Shown one piece after another: positions 49,808-58,638 of a DNA stretch of 64,000 bases; position 1 is the first letter of the stretch; each line of letters starts with the position of its first letter. Under the pieces are notes generated by a model that was not told the DNA's origin, did not search any database, and saw nothing but the letters and a program-made list of their open reading frames with translations. The DNA comes from Curvibacter sp. PD_MW3 (lineage in GTDB: Bacteria; Pseudomonadota; Gammaproteobacteria; Burkholderiales; Burkholderiaceae_C), in the NCBI GenBank assembly GCA_002633085.1, contig NSIV01000002.1:105602-169601 (forward strand), read 5' to 3'. Position numbers and translations under genes: made by a program.

Positions 49808-50119
49808 AACTGGCGGAAGTGAGATGAAAAAAAATCTCAAGACATCATCGTGATGAATTTGAACGCCTTGAAATCTCATTTTCAAGCACGGAAATGGTTT
49901 CAAGCTGACCCTTGCCCTTCGCCCAATTCAGAGCTTCCTCGAACGCCTAGTCGGAAGGTTCAGAAAGCCCTCGCAGCCAAACGCAACGATGACGCGGACG
50001 ATGAGCAGTCATGGAAAGAAAATGGGAAGAAACAAAATTAAGCTGCCGCTGCTTTGGCAGCGATAGAAGCATAGGATCTACGCAAAGGCCATAATGCCCC
50101 GAGGGAGGCGATCTCATTC

Positions 50120-51262
50120 ATGGAGACAAGTCAAATTGGAGAGGTGTTTCAAGTTGCGACCAACAAGGCGCTGACTGAGACCGGCGGAGGACATAGCCAG
50201 AAGGGCGTGGATTTTCAACGCGCCTGGGCCTTGTCCCGCATGTTTGAGACAGTGGACGAAGGCGCCACCGACTTCCTGTTTCTTTTTGAGGCGATCCAAG
50301 ACGTTGCCGTCCTTGATTCACCGACCGATCCGAAGTCGATTCGGATCTATCAGGTCAAAAAGAAGGACCGCAAAGAGTGGGAATGGAGCGAGTTGACCGA
50401 GCTTCATAACCCCGCCAAGCCGAAGGCTAGGCCCAAAGATCCATCCAAGATCGGAACCAGCACCATTGGCAAGCTCTATTCGAGCGTGATCGCGTTCAAA
50501 AATCTGAAAAGCTCGGGCAGCTTTGTGTCCAATGCCGGAACCAATCTCCCCCTCTCGAATGGAGCCAACGCAGCGACATCAGTCTCCTGCGACTTATCTC
50601 AACTAAGAAGCGACCACCTAACACTTCTCGAAGAGGGATTAAAGACCCTTCATGATTCCGGCCAAACCGTTCCTAATCCGGCTCTGATCAGCATCGAGAA
50701 GGTCAGCTTGCCGCCGGACGATCCGGCAACTCACCTTAATGGCCTCGCAGTCTCCTTCCTGAGCAAACGCAGTGCAAAGCATGCAGGCCAAGCCAAAGCT
50801 CTGGTGGATGCGCTTCTCGCCCAAATCGGCCCTCTAGGCTCCAAAACAGACAGCTGTTCCTCATTTAAGGAGCTTTGCCAGCAGCGTGGATATGCTCGAT
50901 CGGACTTCATCGCCGCTTTAGGTGCTCTCGAAACCGTTCCCGATATGCAAGCTCTCCTTGACGCCTGGCTCACAAGGCTCACGCAGGAAGGTGGCATCGA
51001 CTTTATGCTTGCCACCGCAACAAGGGTGGCTGGCGGTCGCATTTTTACGCGAAACTTGATAGGCGGCGAGGATCCAGCAGTCGCGGCGCTCATCTCAGAT
51101 TGCGATCGCTGGATCGACGCCAATCCCCCCGGCTCGGATCTTTCACCCTATTTTCAAAAGGCTCGCGCTCACCTGGAGCCACTCCATCGGTCGTTCAGGA
51201 GCCCTGAACTCATCGCTCACTTTATGTTGAGGGCCATCAAAAAATGCGTGGACCTGATCTAA
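50120..51262 (+). CDS. Cap4/DUF4297-like dsDNA nuclease-domain protein (LmuA-like effector)
   Basis: N-terminal GG.SQKGVDFQRAWALSRM...DFLFLFEAIQDVAVLD...IRIYQVKKK resembles a PD-(D/E)xK Cap4-type nuclease fold. GGGAGG RBS. Low-GC patch. Confidence 0.65.
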   Translation: METSQIGEVFQVATNKALTETGGGHSQKGVDFQRAWALSRMFETVDEGATDFLFLFEAIQDVAVLDSPTDPKSIRIYQVKKKDRKEWEWSELTELHNPAKPKARPKDPSKIGTSTIGKLYSSVIAFKNLKSSGSFVSNAGTNLPLSNGANAATSVSCDLSQLRSDHLTLLEEGLKTLHDSGQTVPNPALISIEKVSLPPDDPATHLNGLAVSFLSKRSAKHAGQAKALVDALLAQIGPLGSKTDSCSSFKELCQQRGYARSDFIAALGALETVPDMQALLDAWLTRLTQEGGIDFMLATATRVAGGRIFTRNLIGGEDPAVAALISDCDRWIDANPPGSDLSPYFQKARAHLEPLHRSFRSPELIAHFMLRAIKKCVDLI

Positions 51263-51295
51263 GAAAACTGGTTCGAAGCCTCAGGACTAAATCAC

Positions 51296-52981
51296 ATGAG
51301 AAGCTTTCTCTTCGAGGATATCTGGATTCTTTCGCGCAAAGACAAGCGAGCCAGGATTGTGGACTTCAACCCCGGGAAGAACCTGATTCTCGGCAGGAAC
51401 CACACCGGCAAATCAAGCCTGATTAAAAGCCTCTTCACCACACTTGGCGCCACCCCAAGCGGCAAGCTCCAAGGCTGGAACGAGGACACCATCACGAAGG
51501 TTGGCTTCTCAGTTGACGGAATTCGATATGCGGCTCTTCACCAGGCGGGAACACGCGCTCTATTTGACGCTGAGGGGCAAACGCTAACCGTTGCTCAGAA
51601 CCAGTCGGCGTGGAGCGAGGCTTTCGCAGCGGCGACAGGGTTCAATCTTCCTTTAATCGACAAGAATTCAAAAACGGTTCTTGCCGATCCGCGATGCTTC
51701 TTCATGCCGTTCTATATCAACCAAGACGGCAGCTGGATGGCTGAATGGGACACCTTCACCGGCATTCAGCAATACAAGGCGCCCATACTCTCGATTCTTG
51801 AATATTTCACAGGCATCAAGCCTCCCGAATACTATGCCGCGAAGGCCAAAAGGGATGCCGAGCAGGTCATCATCGAAGAGCTGCGACGCGAAAAAGCCTC
51901 ACTTGAAAAGGCCCGAGAGAGGGTGAGCAAATCCCTTTCGATGTCAGGCCCCAAAGTCGACCCAAAGAACTTCGAGACTGAAATCGCTCAGCTCACCACC
52001 GAGATCAACGAGCTGAATCAAAAGCAAGAGATTCTCAGGGATCAGGCGGTCAAAGAGCGCGAACTTCTCTCCTCAATCCGCCTTCAGAACAGGCTGGCCG
52101 AGGAGGCGTTGAAAGTCTACGAGAGCGACGCGGAGTTCATCCGTTCAGAGCCTCGCGACGCCATCGTCTGTCCTGTATGCAACGCTGAGCATGAGAATTC
52201 ATTTCTTGACCTGCTCACCTATGCAGAGGATGCCCGATCGCTCAGGGACATTACCGTTCGTTTGCGTAGAGACTCGATAGAGGTCGAAGCACGACTTGCC
52301 AAGACGCAAGGGCAAATCGACGAGCTCGCGGCACATTACCGGAAGGTGTCCGAACTTCTGGGAACGCGCCGAGGCGAGATGCAGTTCACACAAGTCGTTG
52401 ACAGCTTAGGGGCAGAGCGCGCGTTTTCCGCTTTTGAGCAAGAGCGCGCGGTTCTTGAAAAGGAACTGGGCGAACGCCTTCTCACACAAGAACGTTTGTC
52501 AGAGGGCATGGAAAAGCTGACCGATCGAGCCCGATCCAAAGACATTTTGAAGACTTTTCGAGAGGCCTTTTCTTCTGCGCTGATCGCCTTGAATCTTCCC
52601 GCGAACGATACCAGCAAGGCGCGCTTGAACAGCCGCCCCAACGTTTCAGGCAGCGGGGGCCCTCGCTCGGTGCTCGCCTACTACGCCGCACTTTGGGCTG
52701 CCTGCTACGGACAGATGGGGTCATTTCAAGTGCCTCTGGTGGTTGACTCCCCGAACCAGCAGGGGCAGGACGACATCAACCTGCCTAAGATCATCCAGTT
52801 TATTTGCGAGCGGCTTCCACAGCGGGCTCAGCTCATTCTCGGCTCCGAGATTGACACCGAGCACGACTTCGACCAAAAGCACGAGCTCTCTGATCAGTAT
52901 CGACTCTTGAATAGTGCGTCGTTCGACGATGTGGAGAAGGTCTTAGGTCCTATGGCCACCTTGATGTATCTGAAAGCCTGA
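51296..52981 (+). CDS. Rad50/SMC-like ABC ATPase with a coiled coil and CxxC hook (LmuB-like)
   Basis: Walker A GRNHTGKSS near the N-terminus, about 250 aa of heptad-rich coiled coil with a central CPVCNAEH, a signature-like SGSGGPRS, and Walker B/D-loop PLVVDSPNQQGQDD. Confidence 0.7.
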   Translation: MRSFLFEDIWILSRKDKRARIVDFNPGKNLILGRNHTGKSSLIKSLFTTLGATPSGKLQGWNEDTITKVGFSVDGIRYAALHQAGTRALFDAEGQTLTVAQNQSAWSEAFAAATGFNLPLIDKNSKTVLADPRCFFMPFYINQDGSWMAEWDTFTGIQQYKAPILSILEYFTGIKPPEYYAAKAKRDAEQVIIEELRREKASLEKARERVSKSLSMSGPKVDPKNFETEIAQLTTEINELNQKQEILRDQAVKERELLSSIRLQNRLAEEALKVYESDAEFIRSEPRDAIVCPVCNAEHENSFLDLLTYAEDARSLRDITVRLRRDSIEVEARLAKTQGQIDELAAHYRKVSELLGTRRGEMQFTQVVDSLGAERAFSAFEQERAVLEKELGERLLTQERLSEGMEKLTDRARSKDILKTFREAFSSALIALNLPANDTSKARLNSRPNVSGSGGPRSVLAYYAALWAACYGQMGSFQVPLVVDSPNQQGQDDINLPKIIQFICERLPQRAQLILGSEIDTEHDFDQKHELSDQYRLLNSASFDDVEKVLGPMATLMYLKA

Positions 52982-53041
52982 ACATCACGAGCTGATGAAG
53001 TCTTGACACAAGCCGACCGACGAGAGACTGATGCCCTCATA

Positions 53042-53304
53042 TTGGCACGGGCAAAGTCTTGTCCGTCAACCTTCAAACCCCACCATCCACCCTTGGCGTC
53101 TTGATTCTTCAAGAAGCGGGCGCGAAGGACTTGAGCGGCAATCCACTGATTCTTGTAAATCTTATCGGCATCCATGGGCCACACTCCGCCGGGCTATACA
53201 AAGAAACGATCTTCGCTCAGGAAGTTGGCTCGAGCCAAGAGTTCTCATCCGCCCCGAGCGAACTTCGCCGAGCACCAGCCTGCGGTATCTTGGCTCGAGC
53301 CAAG
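53042..53304. repeat. Array A of the 16-bp palindrome CTTGGCTCGAGCCAAG (2 near-perfect copies plus 1 degenerate)
   Basis: GTTGGCTCGAGCCAAG at 53224-53239, CTTGGCTCGAGCCAAG at 53289-53304, and a degenerate ATTGGCACGGGCAAAG at 53042-53057 that shares the flank tcttgtccg with copy B2. Confidence 0.85.
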
Positions 53305-53422
53305 TGCGGCCAACACAGATGCCGCGATGGAAACCCGACAGGATCAACCGGTGCACTCTAAGCGCGAGCGCGACGCGAGGCTTGATTTGACAACGCTCCC
53401 GAAGCGCGAGATGAAATAGGGC

Positions 53423-53836
53423 TTGGAAACCACAATCCCCACGCCCCAGAGCCATTTGTCAATGGCTGAGTATTGGATTCAGCTTCGCGCACTCGTGGCA
53501 GCGCGGCCATCCCTCGTGCGCGAGATGTTTCCCGACCTCGAAGCCGATCGCCTGACCGAGCTTCAGGAGCGCGACCAAGAGCTGGGGGAGATCGCCAAAA
53601 GCAGAGGGCTTACGATGTTTGCCCCTGCTCGGCGAGCTGTATTGCAGCAGCGGGATCCCTGCGTCGAGTCGGGAATGATCTACTCGTTTTTCGACTCCGA
53701 AGACGGTGAACTCATCGCTGAGATCACGGGCTATTCCAGAGCTTTTATTTGGCTCTACAAAGAGGCGCAGGCCATAGTTTTGCAGCGGCACGTCCTAGTC
53801 CATCACGAGGCTAGGGACGCTGATTTCCGACTTTGA
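53423..53836 (+). CDS. Hypothetical protein
   Basis: 137-aa ORF downstream of palindrome array A. No recognised motif; the start is uncertain (alternative MAEYWIQ). Confidence 0.4.
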   Translation: METTIPTPQSHLSMAEYWIQLRALVAARPSLVREMFPDLEADRLTELQERDQELGEIAKSRGLTMFAPARRAVLQQRDPCVESGMIYSFFDSEDGELIAEITGYSRAFIWLYKEAQAIVLQRHVLVHHEARDADFRL

Positions 53837-54416
53837 ACTCCTGACGAATCTCATCACGATCTTTCCACTGCCGAATCAAGTCTGCGACGTGCTCCCCACA
53901 AAGCCGCTTGACATGATCGTAACCCGGGACGCCGAATAGATGCATCAGACGTCTCTCGGCTGCTGCTGGTCCGAAGAATTCAAAGTAGCGGCCTAGCGCG
54001 TTTTCGATTAAACCCTTGACTCTGTCTGTCAATTGGGGTTCGCCGAGGCTGATGCTAGTGTTCCATTCGTAGAGACTTTCCTCGAAATCGAGCAGGATAC
54101 GGATCCTCCACAGAGAATCAGAAGGCTCCGTGTGAGCGAATTCCACAGCGCCTCGCCAGAGATCTTCAAAGCATTCCGTAGCTCCTATTTGCGCACACAC
54201 AGTCAGTAGAGACAACGGCGTTCCATCGTTCTCCACGCCCCAAGTCGCAACTCGGGAGATATGCCCGTCGGGAAGTTTGCCCCGGGTTTGGGCTAGTTTC
54301 TTCAGCTCGTCCAAAAACGCCAAATGATCAGCAATCGCCAGATCAAATTCGCGGCGCGATATCACTATCACATCCGGGAGCGAACGGAGACGTGCAGCTT
54401 CTTCTAGATTTTCCAT
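53811..54416 (-). CDS. Hypothetical protein
   Basis: About 201 aa from the internal ATG (MENLEEAARL); the ORF extends to 54473. Its upstream region contains palindrome array B. No recognised motif. Confidence 0.45.
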   Translation of the reverse strand: MENLEEAARLRSLPDVIVISRREFDLAIADHLAFLDELKKLAQTRGKLPDGHISRVATWGVENDGTPLSLLTVCAQIGATECFEDLWRGAVEFAHTEPSDSLWRIRILLDFEESLYEWNTSISLGEPQLTDRVKGLIENALGRYFEFFGPAAAERRLMHLFGVPGYDHVKRLCGEHVADLIRQWKDRDEIRQEFKVGNQRP

Positions 54417-54475
54417 ATCATTAGATTGTCGGCCATTTGTCGTGGGTTGCACTCGCGGCTTGAGGTTGAGCAAGT

Positions 54476-54558
54476 CTTGGCTCGAGCCAAGAGTTGCTAT
54501 TCAGCACGGGCACGCGTCGGCTGAACAGTCGCCCCGCGGAAACTTGGCTCGAGCCAAG
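54476..54558. repeat. Array B of the 16-bp palindrome CTTGGCTCGAGCCAAG (2 perfect copies)
   Basis: Copies at 54476-54491 and 54543-54558, 67 bp start to start, in the divergent intergenic region. Confidence 0.9.
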
Positions 54559-54623
54559 TCTTGTCCGCCGGCCTTTACGGCTCCAGTAATTAAACTGGCT
54601 GGGGGCCGAAGCAGGAAGCTGCG

Positions 54624-55025
54624 ATGCGGTCGGCTACGGTGAAGGATTTCGAGGCCGTCATCAGGGACGCCGAAGTGGAGGACCTCCGGATTTTTCTCGG
54701 CCGGTTCATGGAGATGTGCGTCCAGCCCGGCGCCAATTCAGCCCACTTTGGAAACGCGACCAACGTCTTCATAGACGCGTGCAAAAACATCTACAACGAC
54801 CCGTCGGTGCCGCGCCTGGTGAAGCTTATCGAGTCGCTGTTCAAGAACGCGAAGCTTGAAAGTCGTCTGTCTCCTCCTGTGCCGGCGCAACCGCAGCGGT
54901 GTCGCATGATGGGCTGTGGGATGCGCATGGAGCGGCCTCAACCTTTGTCGGCGGCGCGGCCTTCGCAACCATCGCGCTCATGGGCCAGTTCGCGCGTCAG
55001 GCCCGGCCCTTCAAGGACTGACTAG
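54624..55025 (+). CDS. Hypothetical protein (the C-terminal third may be a non-native read-through at a module junction)
   Basis: The first roughly 85 aa look protein-like. The last roughly 45 aa are Pro/Arg/Ser-rich and coincide with a jump to higher GC. Confidence 0.3.
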   Translation: MRSATVKDFEAVIRDAEVEDLRIFLGRFMEMCVQPGANSAHFGNATNVFIDACKNIYNDPSVPRLVKLIESLFKNAKLESRLSPPVPAQPQRCRMMGCGMRMERPQPLSAARPSQPSRSWASSRVRPGPSRTD

Positions 55026-55035
55026 TTAGACGCTT

Positions 55036-55311
55036 TCATTTGAGATACGACTTCAGCACGGACACCACCTCTTCCAGGTCGCTTTCCCGCTGAACTGGAT
55101 CGGTGGCCTCTGCGCCCAAATGATCGCGCAAATGATGTTCCAGAACCTCTGACATCAGCCCGTTGACCGCGCCACGGATGGCGGCGATCTGCTGCAAGAT
55201 CGCCGCGCAATCAACCTCCGCTTCCAACGCTTTTTCGAGCGCATCGGACTGCCCGCGAATGCGCCGCACTCGCGTGAGCAATTTGGCTTTGCCTTTGATC
55301 GTGTGCGCCAT
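55036..55311 (-). CDS. rcnR: RcnR/FrmR/CsoR-family metal-sensing repressor
   Basis: MAHTIKGKAKLLTRVRRIRGQ...EVDCAAILQQIAAIRGAVNGLM..HHL, 91 aa, divergent from rcnA. Confidence 0.85.
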   Translation of the reverse strand: MAHTIKGKAKLLTRVRRIRGQSDALEKALEAEVDCAAILQQIAAIRGAVNGLMSEVLEHHLRDHLGAEATDPVQRESDLEEVVSVLKSYLK

Positions 55312-55340
55312 GTGTCTTCTCCTGAAATTTTATGTAAGTA

Positions 55341-55355
55341 TACTGGGGTATAGTA
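55341..55355. promoter_or_regulatory. RcnR-type operator (TACT-G4-N3-AGTA)
   Basis: TACTGGGGTATAGTA in the rcnR-rcnA intergenic region. It matches the G-tract-centred inverted repeat known for E. coli RcnR. Confidence 0.6.
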
Positions 55356-55392
55356 TCAAAGCTCATCGCCACGCTCCACTTTAAGGCCGCCC

Positions 55393-56553
55393 ATGCCACC
55401 GATCGCAGAACTCATCCAGCAAGGCTCTACCAATCTGTGGGTCTTCATTCCCACCGCAATTTTGCTTGGGGCATTGCACGGCCTGGAGCCTGGGCACTCC
55501 AAGACGATGATGGCTTCGTTCATCATTGCGGTTAAGGGGTCTGTTGCCCAAGCCGCCTTGCTTGGCCTATGCGCAGCGTTTTCTCATTCGCTAATCGTGT
55601 GGGCGCTTGCCGCTGCCGCGTTGCAGTTCGGAAACGAGCTGATCGCCGAACAGGCCGAGCCCTATTTCATGCTTCTGTCCGCCGTGGTGGTGATTGGCGT
55701 GTCCATTTGGATGTTCGTGCGCACGCGTCGCGATGAAATGGCTGCAAAGGCCCGCCAACATGCGCCCCACGGAGGCAAGATCATCAACACAGGGCATGGC
55801 ATTGTGGAGCTGGAGGTGTTCGAGTCGGGAGTTCCTCCTCGTTTTCGTCTCCATGCCTATGACAACTGCATGGCCGGCAAGGGCTTCGATGACCACGATA
55901 CGGTGTCGATAGAGACCCTGCGCCCTGACGGCTCCATGCAAATGTTCGAACTCAAACCTTCTGGAATGTTCTTGGAGTCTGTCCAGGAGATTCCCGAACC
56001 CCATGAATTCGAGGCGGTTGTGCTCATGGGGCATGGCGACCACATCCATCGTTTCGAGGTCAGTTTTTCCGAGGAAGACCATGATCACGCCCATGGAGAC
56101 CACCATCATCACGGGCACCACCACCACGATGTAGCAGATGACTTGCTAGGGGGCGATGGGACGTATCAGGATGCCCATGAGCGGGCACACGCCGAAGACA
56201 TCAAGCGCCGCTTTGTTGGGCAGAAAGTTACTACGGGACAGATTGCCATGTTCGGGTTGACCGGCGGCTTGGTGCCATGCCCTGCATCGGTAACGATTCT
56301 GATGATCTGCCTGCACCTGAAGCGATTCACCCTGGGCGCGGCCATGGTGGCGAGCTTCAGCCTGGGGTTGGCGATCTCGCTTGTCAGCGTCGGGGTGATC
56401 GCCGCCTGGGGCGCGCGCCAGGTTGGCAAACGCTTTGGCAATGGCAGGTTTAGCGATCTGGCGCGCAAGATGCCCTACTTTTCCAGTGGCTTGATGGCTT
56501 TCGTTGCCGTCCTCATGGCCGTCCAGGCCTTCATACAGCTTGCGGCGGCCTAA
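55393..56553 (+). CDS. rcnA: Nickel/cobalt efflux protein RcnA (NicO family) with a His-rich loop
   Basis: LGALHGLEPGHSKTMM signature, a central loop with HDHAHGDHHHHGHHHH, and C-terminal GLVPCP. Confidence 0.9.
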   Translation: MPPIAELIQQGSTNLWVFIPTAILLGALHGLEPGHSKTMMASFIIAVKGSVAQAALLGLCAAFSHSLIVWALAAAALQFGNELIAEQAEPYFMLLSAVVVIGVSIWMFVRTRRDEMAAKARQHAPHGGKIINTGHGIVELEVFESGVPPRFRLHAYDNCMAGKGFDDHDTVSIETLRPDGSMQMFELKPSGMFLESVQEIPEPHEFEAVVLMGHGDHIHRFEVSFSEEDHDHAHGDHHHHGHHHHDVADDLLGGDGTYQDAHERAHAEDIKRRFVGQKVTTGQIAMFGLTGGLVPCPASVTILMICLHLKRFTLGAAMVASFSLGLAISLVSVGVIAAWGARQVGKRFGNGRFSDLARKMPYFSSGLMAFVAVLMAVQAFIQLAAA

Positions 56554-56574
56554 GTCTTTAGGATAAGATTAATG

Positions 56575-56691
56575 AGTCACTGGGGAGTAGCCGGCCTTCG
56601 ATAAACCGAAGGCGCTTGCGTCAACACACTTGATCCACACGATCATGGCGCAAGCGGTTTCCGACTTGGCAAGACCTTTGACCATGCAGCT
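56575..56691 (+). ncRNA. yybP-ykoY (manganese) riboswitch
   Basis: The conserved cores GGGGAGUAGC (56582-56591), GUCAACAC and UUGGCAAGACCUUUG (56666-56680) flank two internal hairpins (gccttcg/cgaaggc and gcttgcg/cgcaagc). It lies 5' of a GDT1/UPF0016 gene, a known regulated family. Confidence 0.75.
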
Positions 56692-56751
56692 TCCGGTTTG
56701 GCCGGGGAGGCGCGTGGTCAATTGTTTTTTGCCCGGCCTGGGAACTTAAAA

Positions 56752-57327
56752 ATGGAAGCTCTTTTGACTTCAATGGGTGTGGTCGCGCTGGCAGAGATCG
56801 GCGACAAGACCCAACTTCTCGCGTTCGTTCTGGCGGCGAGATTCAAGAAACCTCTCCCCATCATCGCGGCAATTCTTTGCGCGACGCTCGTCAATCATGG
56901 TCTAGCGGGAGCATTGGGCGCCTGGATCACTTCGATGCTTACCCCCGAGGTTCTTCGCTGGGTGGTGGGAATCTCGTTTCTCGGCATGGCAGTGTGGACC
57001 CTCATCCCGGACAAGATCGAAGAAGAAGAGACTCAGGTTGCGAAGCATTTGGGTGTTTTCGGAGCCACACTGGTGACCTTCTTCTTGGCGGAAATGGGCG
57101 ACAAGACGCAGATCGCGACAGTCGCCATGGCCGCGCACTTTCCAAATCCGGTGATGGTGGTGATTGGCACCACGCTGGGCATGCTGATTGCCGATGTGCC
57201 GGCGGTCTTTGTGGGTGACCGCTTCTCCAAGAAGATCCCAATGAAGCTGGTGCACTCGATCGCTGCTGCGATGTTCGCTGTGATGGGTGTTCTGGCTTTG
57301 CTGCAGGTTGACACCTGGATAAAGTAG
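56752..57327 (+). CDS. GDT1/TMEM165 (UPF0016) family cation (Mn2+/Ca2+) transporter
   Basis: Two E-x-G-D-K-[TS] repeats (AEIGDKTQLLAF and AEMGDKTQIATV). ATG at 56752. Confidence 0.85.
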   Translation: MEALLTSMGVVALAEIGDKTQLLAFVLAARFKKPLPIIAAILCATLVNHGLAGALGAWITSMLTPEVLRWVVGISFLGMAVWTLIPDKIEEEETQVAKHLGVFGATLVTFFLAEMGDKTQIATVAMAAHFPNPVMVVIGTTLGMLIADVPAVFVGDRFSKKIPMKLVHSIAAAMFAVMGVLALLQVDTWIK

Positions 57328-57338
57328 GAACGCAAACC

Positions 57339-57400
57339 TCACGCTCTCGCCATAGGCATGTCGCTCCATTAGGTCGCGTAGGCCGGCGTTCGTCGGCCGC
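57339..57400 (-). pseudogene. umuC: Short remnant of the umuC 3' end
   Basis: 57342-57396 matches 58642-58696 (the end of intact umuC) at 50 of 55 positions. The minus-strand translation ..RRTPAYAT*WSDMPMARA* compares with ..[18 protein letters not shown]. Confidence 0.8.
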
Positions 57401-57609
57401 GCCCTTGCGCCCCAAGCATCCCATTTAGACTACTGGGGGTGTCGCAGTAAGGAACACTTTGCATTTTGCTCTATACCCCTCTCCCCTTTTCAGCACGGCA
57501 TGTGATAGTCTGGACGAGTCCCAATACAGAGCACGCGAGGGCTTTGATGGCTTGCAAGACATCGTCTATCCTGCTAACTTAAACCCAACCTTTTTGAAAT
57601 GCTGCGCAA

Positions 57610-57987
57610 GTGCTAACCCGAGTGAAAAAGCCTAGCTCAAACGCTACTCCGAAAAAAAGAGCTGGCGTCTCAGTAGTAGGCGCCGGAAAGATAGGCATTG
57701 GCACACAGCAATCGCCCAAACGGACGCCACCAAGTGCCCGAGGCCCCATGCCAACGCAAGAGCCCAAGACTCGCGTAATTGTCAAGCCCGCACGTCAGCT
57801 TTCCACTGAGCCTGAGAAGAATATGAGCCGTCTGAAGCCCAACACCAAGACTGAGCAGGGACAAGCCAAGAAGACCGGCAAAGCGTCAGACGATTTCATG
57901 GCTGTGCTTTCGGAAATGGAACAAGAGATCCAAGAACGTCGGCAAGTGTTGATGTCAAAGCTTGAGGCTTCAAAAAAGAAGACATGA
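57610..57987 (+). CDS. Putative antitoxin partner of the PIN toxin (basic, low-complexity; start uncertain)
   Basis: The ORF ends in ATGA, overlapping the PIN gene start. The likely shorter product runs from the ATG at 57823 (MSRLKPN...). No recognisable DNA-binding fold. Confidence 0.4.
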   Translation: MLTRVKKPSSNATPKKRAGVSVVGAGKIGIGTQQSPKRTPPSARGPMPTQEPKTRVIVKPARQLSTEPEKNMSRLKPNTKTEQGQAKKTGKASDDFMAVLSEMEQEIQERRQVLMSKLEASKKKT

Positions 57988-58457
57988 GCAAATATCTTCT
58001 TGACACCAATACAGTGATTCACTATCTGCAAGAGCGTCGACCAGTTGTCGAACGGCTTAATGCCGCCCCTAAAGGCAGCATTCACACCAGCTCAATCGTA
58101 GTCATGGAGTTCTCAACAGGATTCGCCAAGCGTGGGAAACTAAACGGGAAAAACAAGAAAAAACTCGACGATATTTTCAAAAAATTTCCGCCGATCGATT
58201 TTGATGAATTAGACGCATACGAAACCGCGAGAACCATTGGCCGAATGGATCTTGAAAACCGTGAAGACTTGCATCGAGACATGATGATAGCCAGCCAAGC
58301 AAAGAGGCGTGGATACATCGCAGTCACAAACAACACGACGGACTTCTACAAGGCAGTCGGAACAATGGTCGAGGACTGGACAATCGACCTCTCTGCAAAG
58401 TCACCGCTTACAAAGCATAAGCCAACCATATCAGGCAAGAAGTCAAATAGAAGGTGA
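57984..58457 (+). CDS. PIN-domain ribonuclease toxin (VapC-like)
   Basis: YLLDTNTVIHYL (Asp1), VVMEF (Glu) and AVTNNTTDF (C-terminal Asp) match the PIN acidic quartet pattern. Low-GC cassette. Confidence 0.75.
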   Translation: MSKYLLDTNTVIHYLQERRPVVERLNAAPKGSIHTSSIVVMEFSTGFAKRGKLNGKNKKKLDDIFKKFPPIDFDELDAYETARTIGRMDLENREDLHRDMMIASQAKRRGYIAVTNNTTDFYKAVGTMVEDWTIDLSAKSPLTKHKPTISGKKSNRR

Positions 58458-58638
58458 TAGGCCTGTAACTCTCCTTCCCATTGCGATCCCCAGAAAGACT
58501 CACCTTGGGCCTTTGTAGTCCAATCCAAATGCAGTTCATCTAGCTGGACTCACGCATATCAAGGAACGGGCGACTATGCCAGAACTCCATCCCTTTGATG
58601 CACGTTCATATTGAGCGGCGGGAGGCCACACATGGCGA

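Noticed and set aside
49850-50041. A 63-aa ORF followed by a small hairpin (gctgcc..ggcagc) upstream of the nuclease gene.
   Set aside because: It is a Lys/Asp/Asn-rich sequence with no motif and no clear RBS. It may be a real small gene or leader, but the sequence alone does not support it.
54738-55025. A minus-strand ORF at 54738-54968 and a small ORF downstream of rcnR in the GC-rich junction segment.
   Set aside because: Their translations are Arg/His/Pro-rich. The segment looks like a recombination junction between island modules rather than coding DNA.
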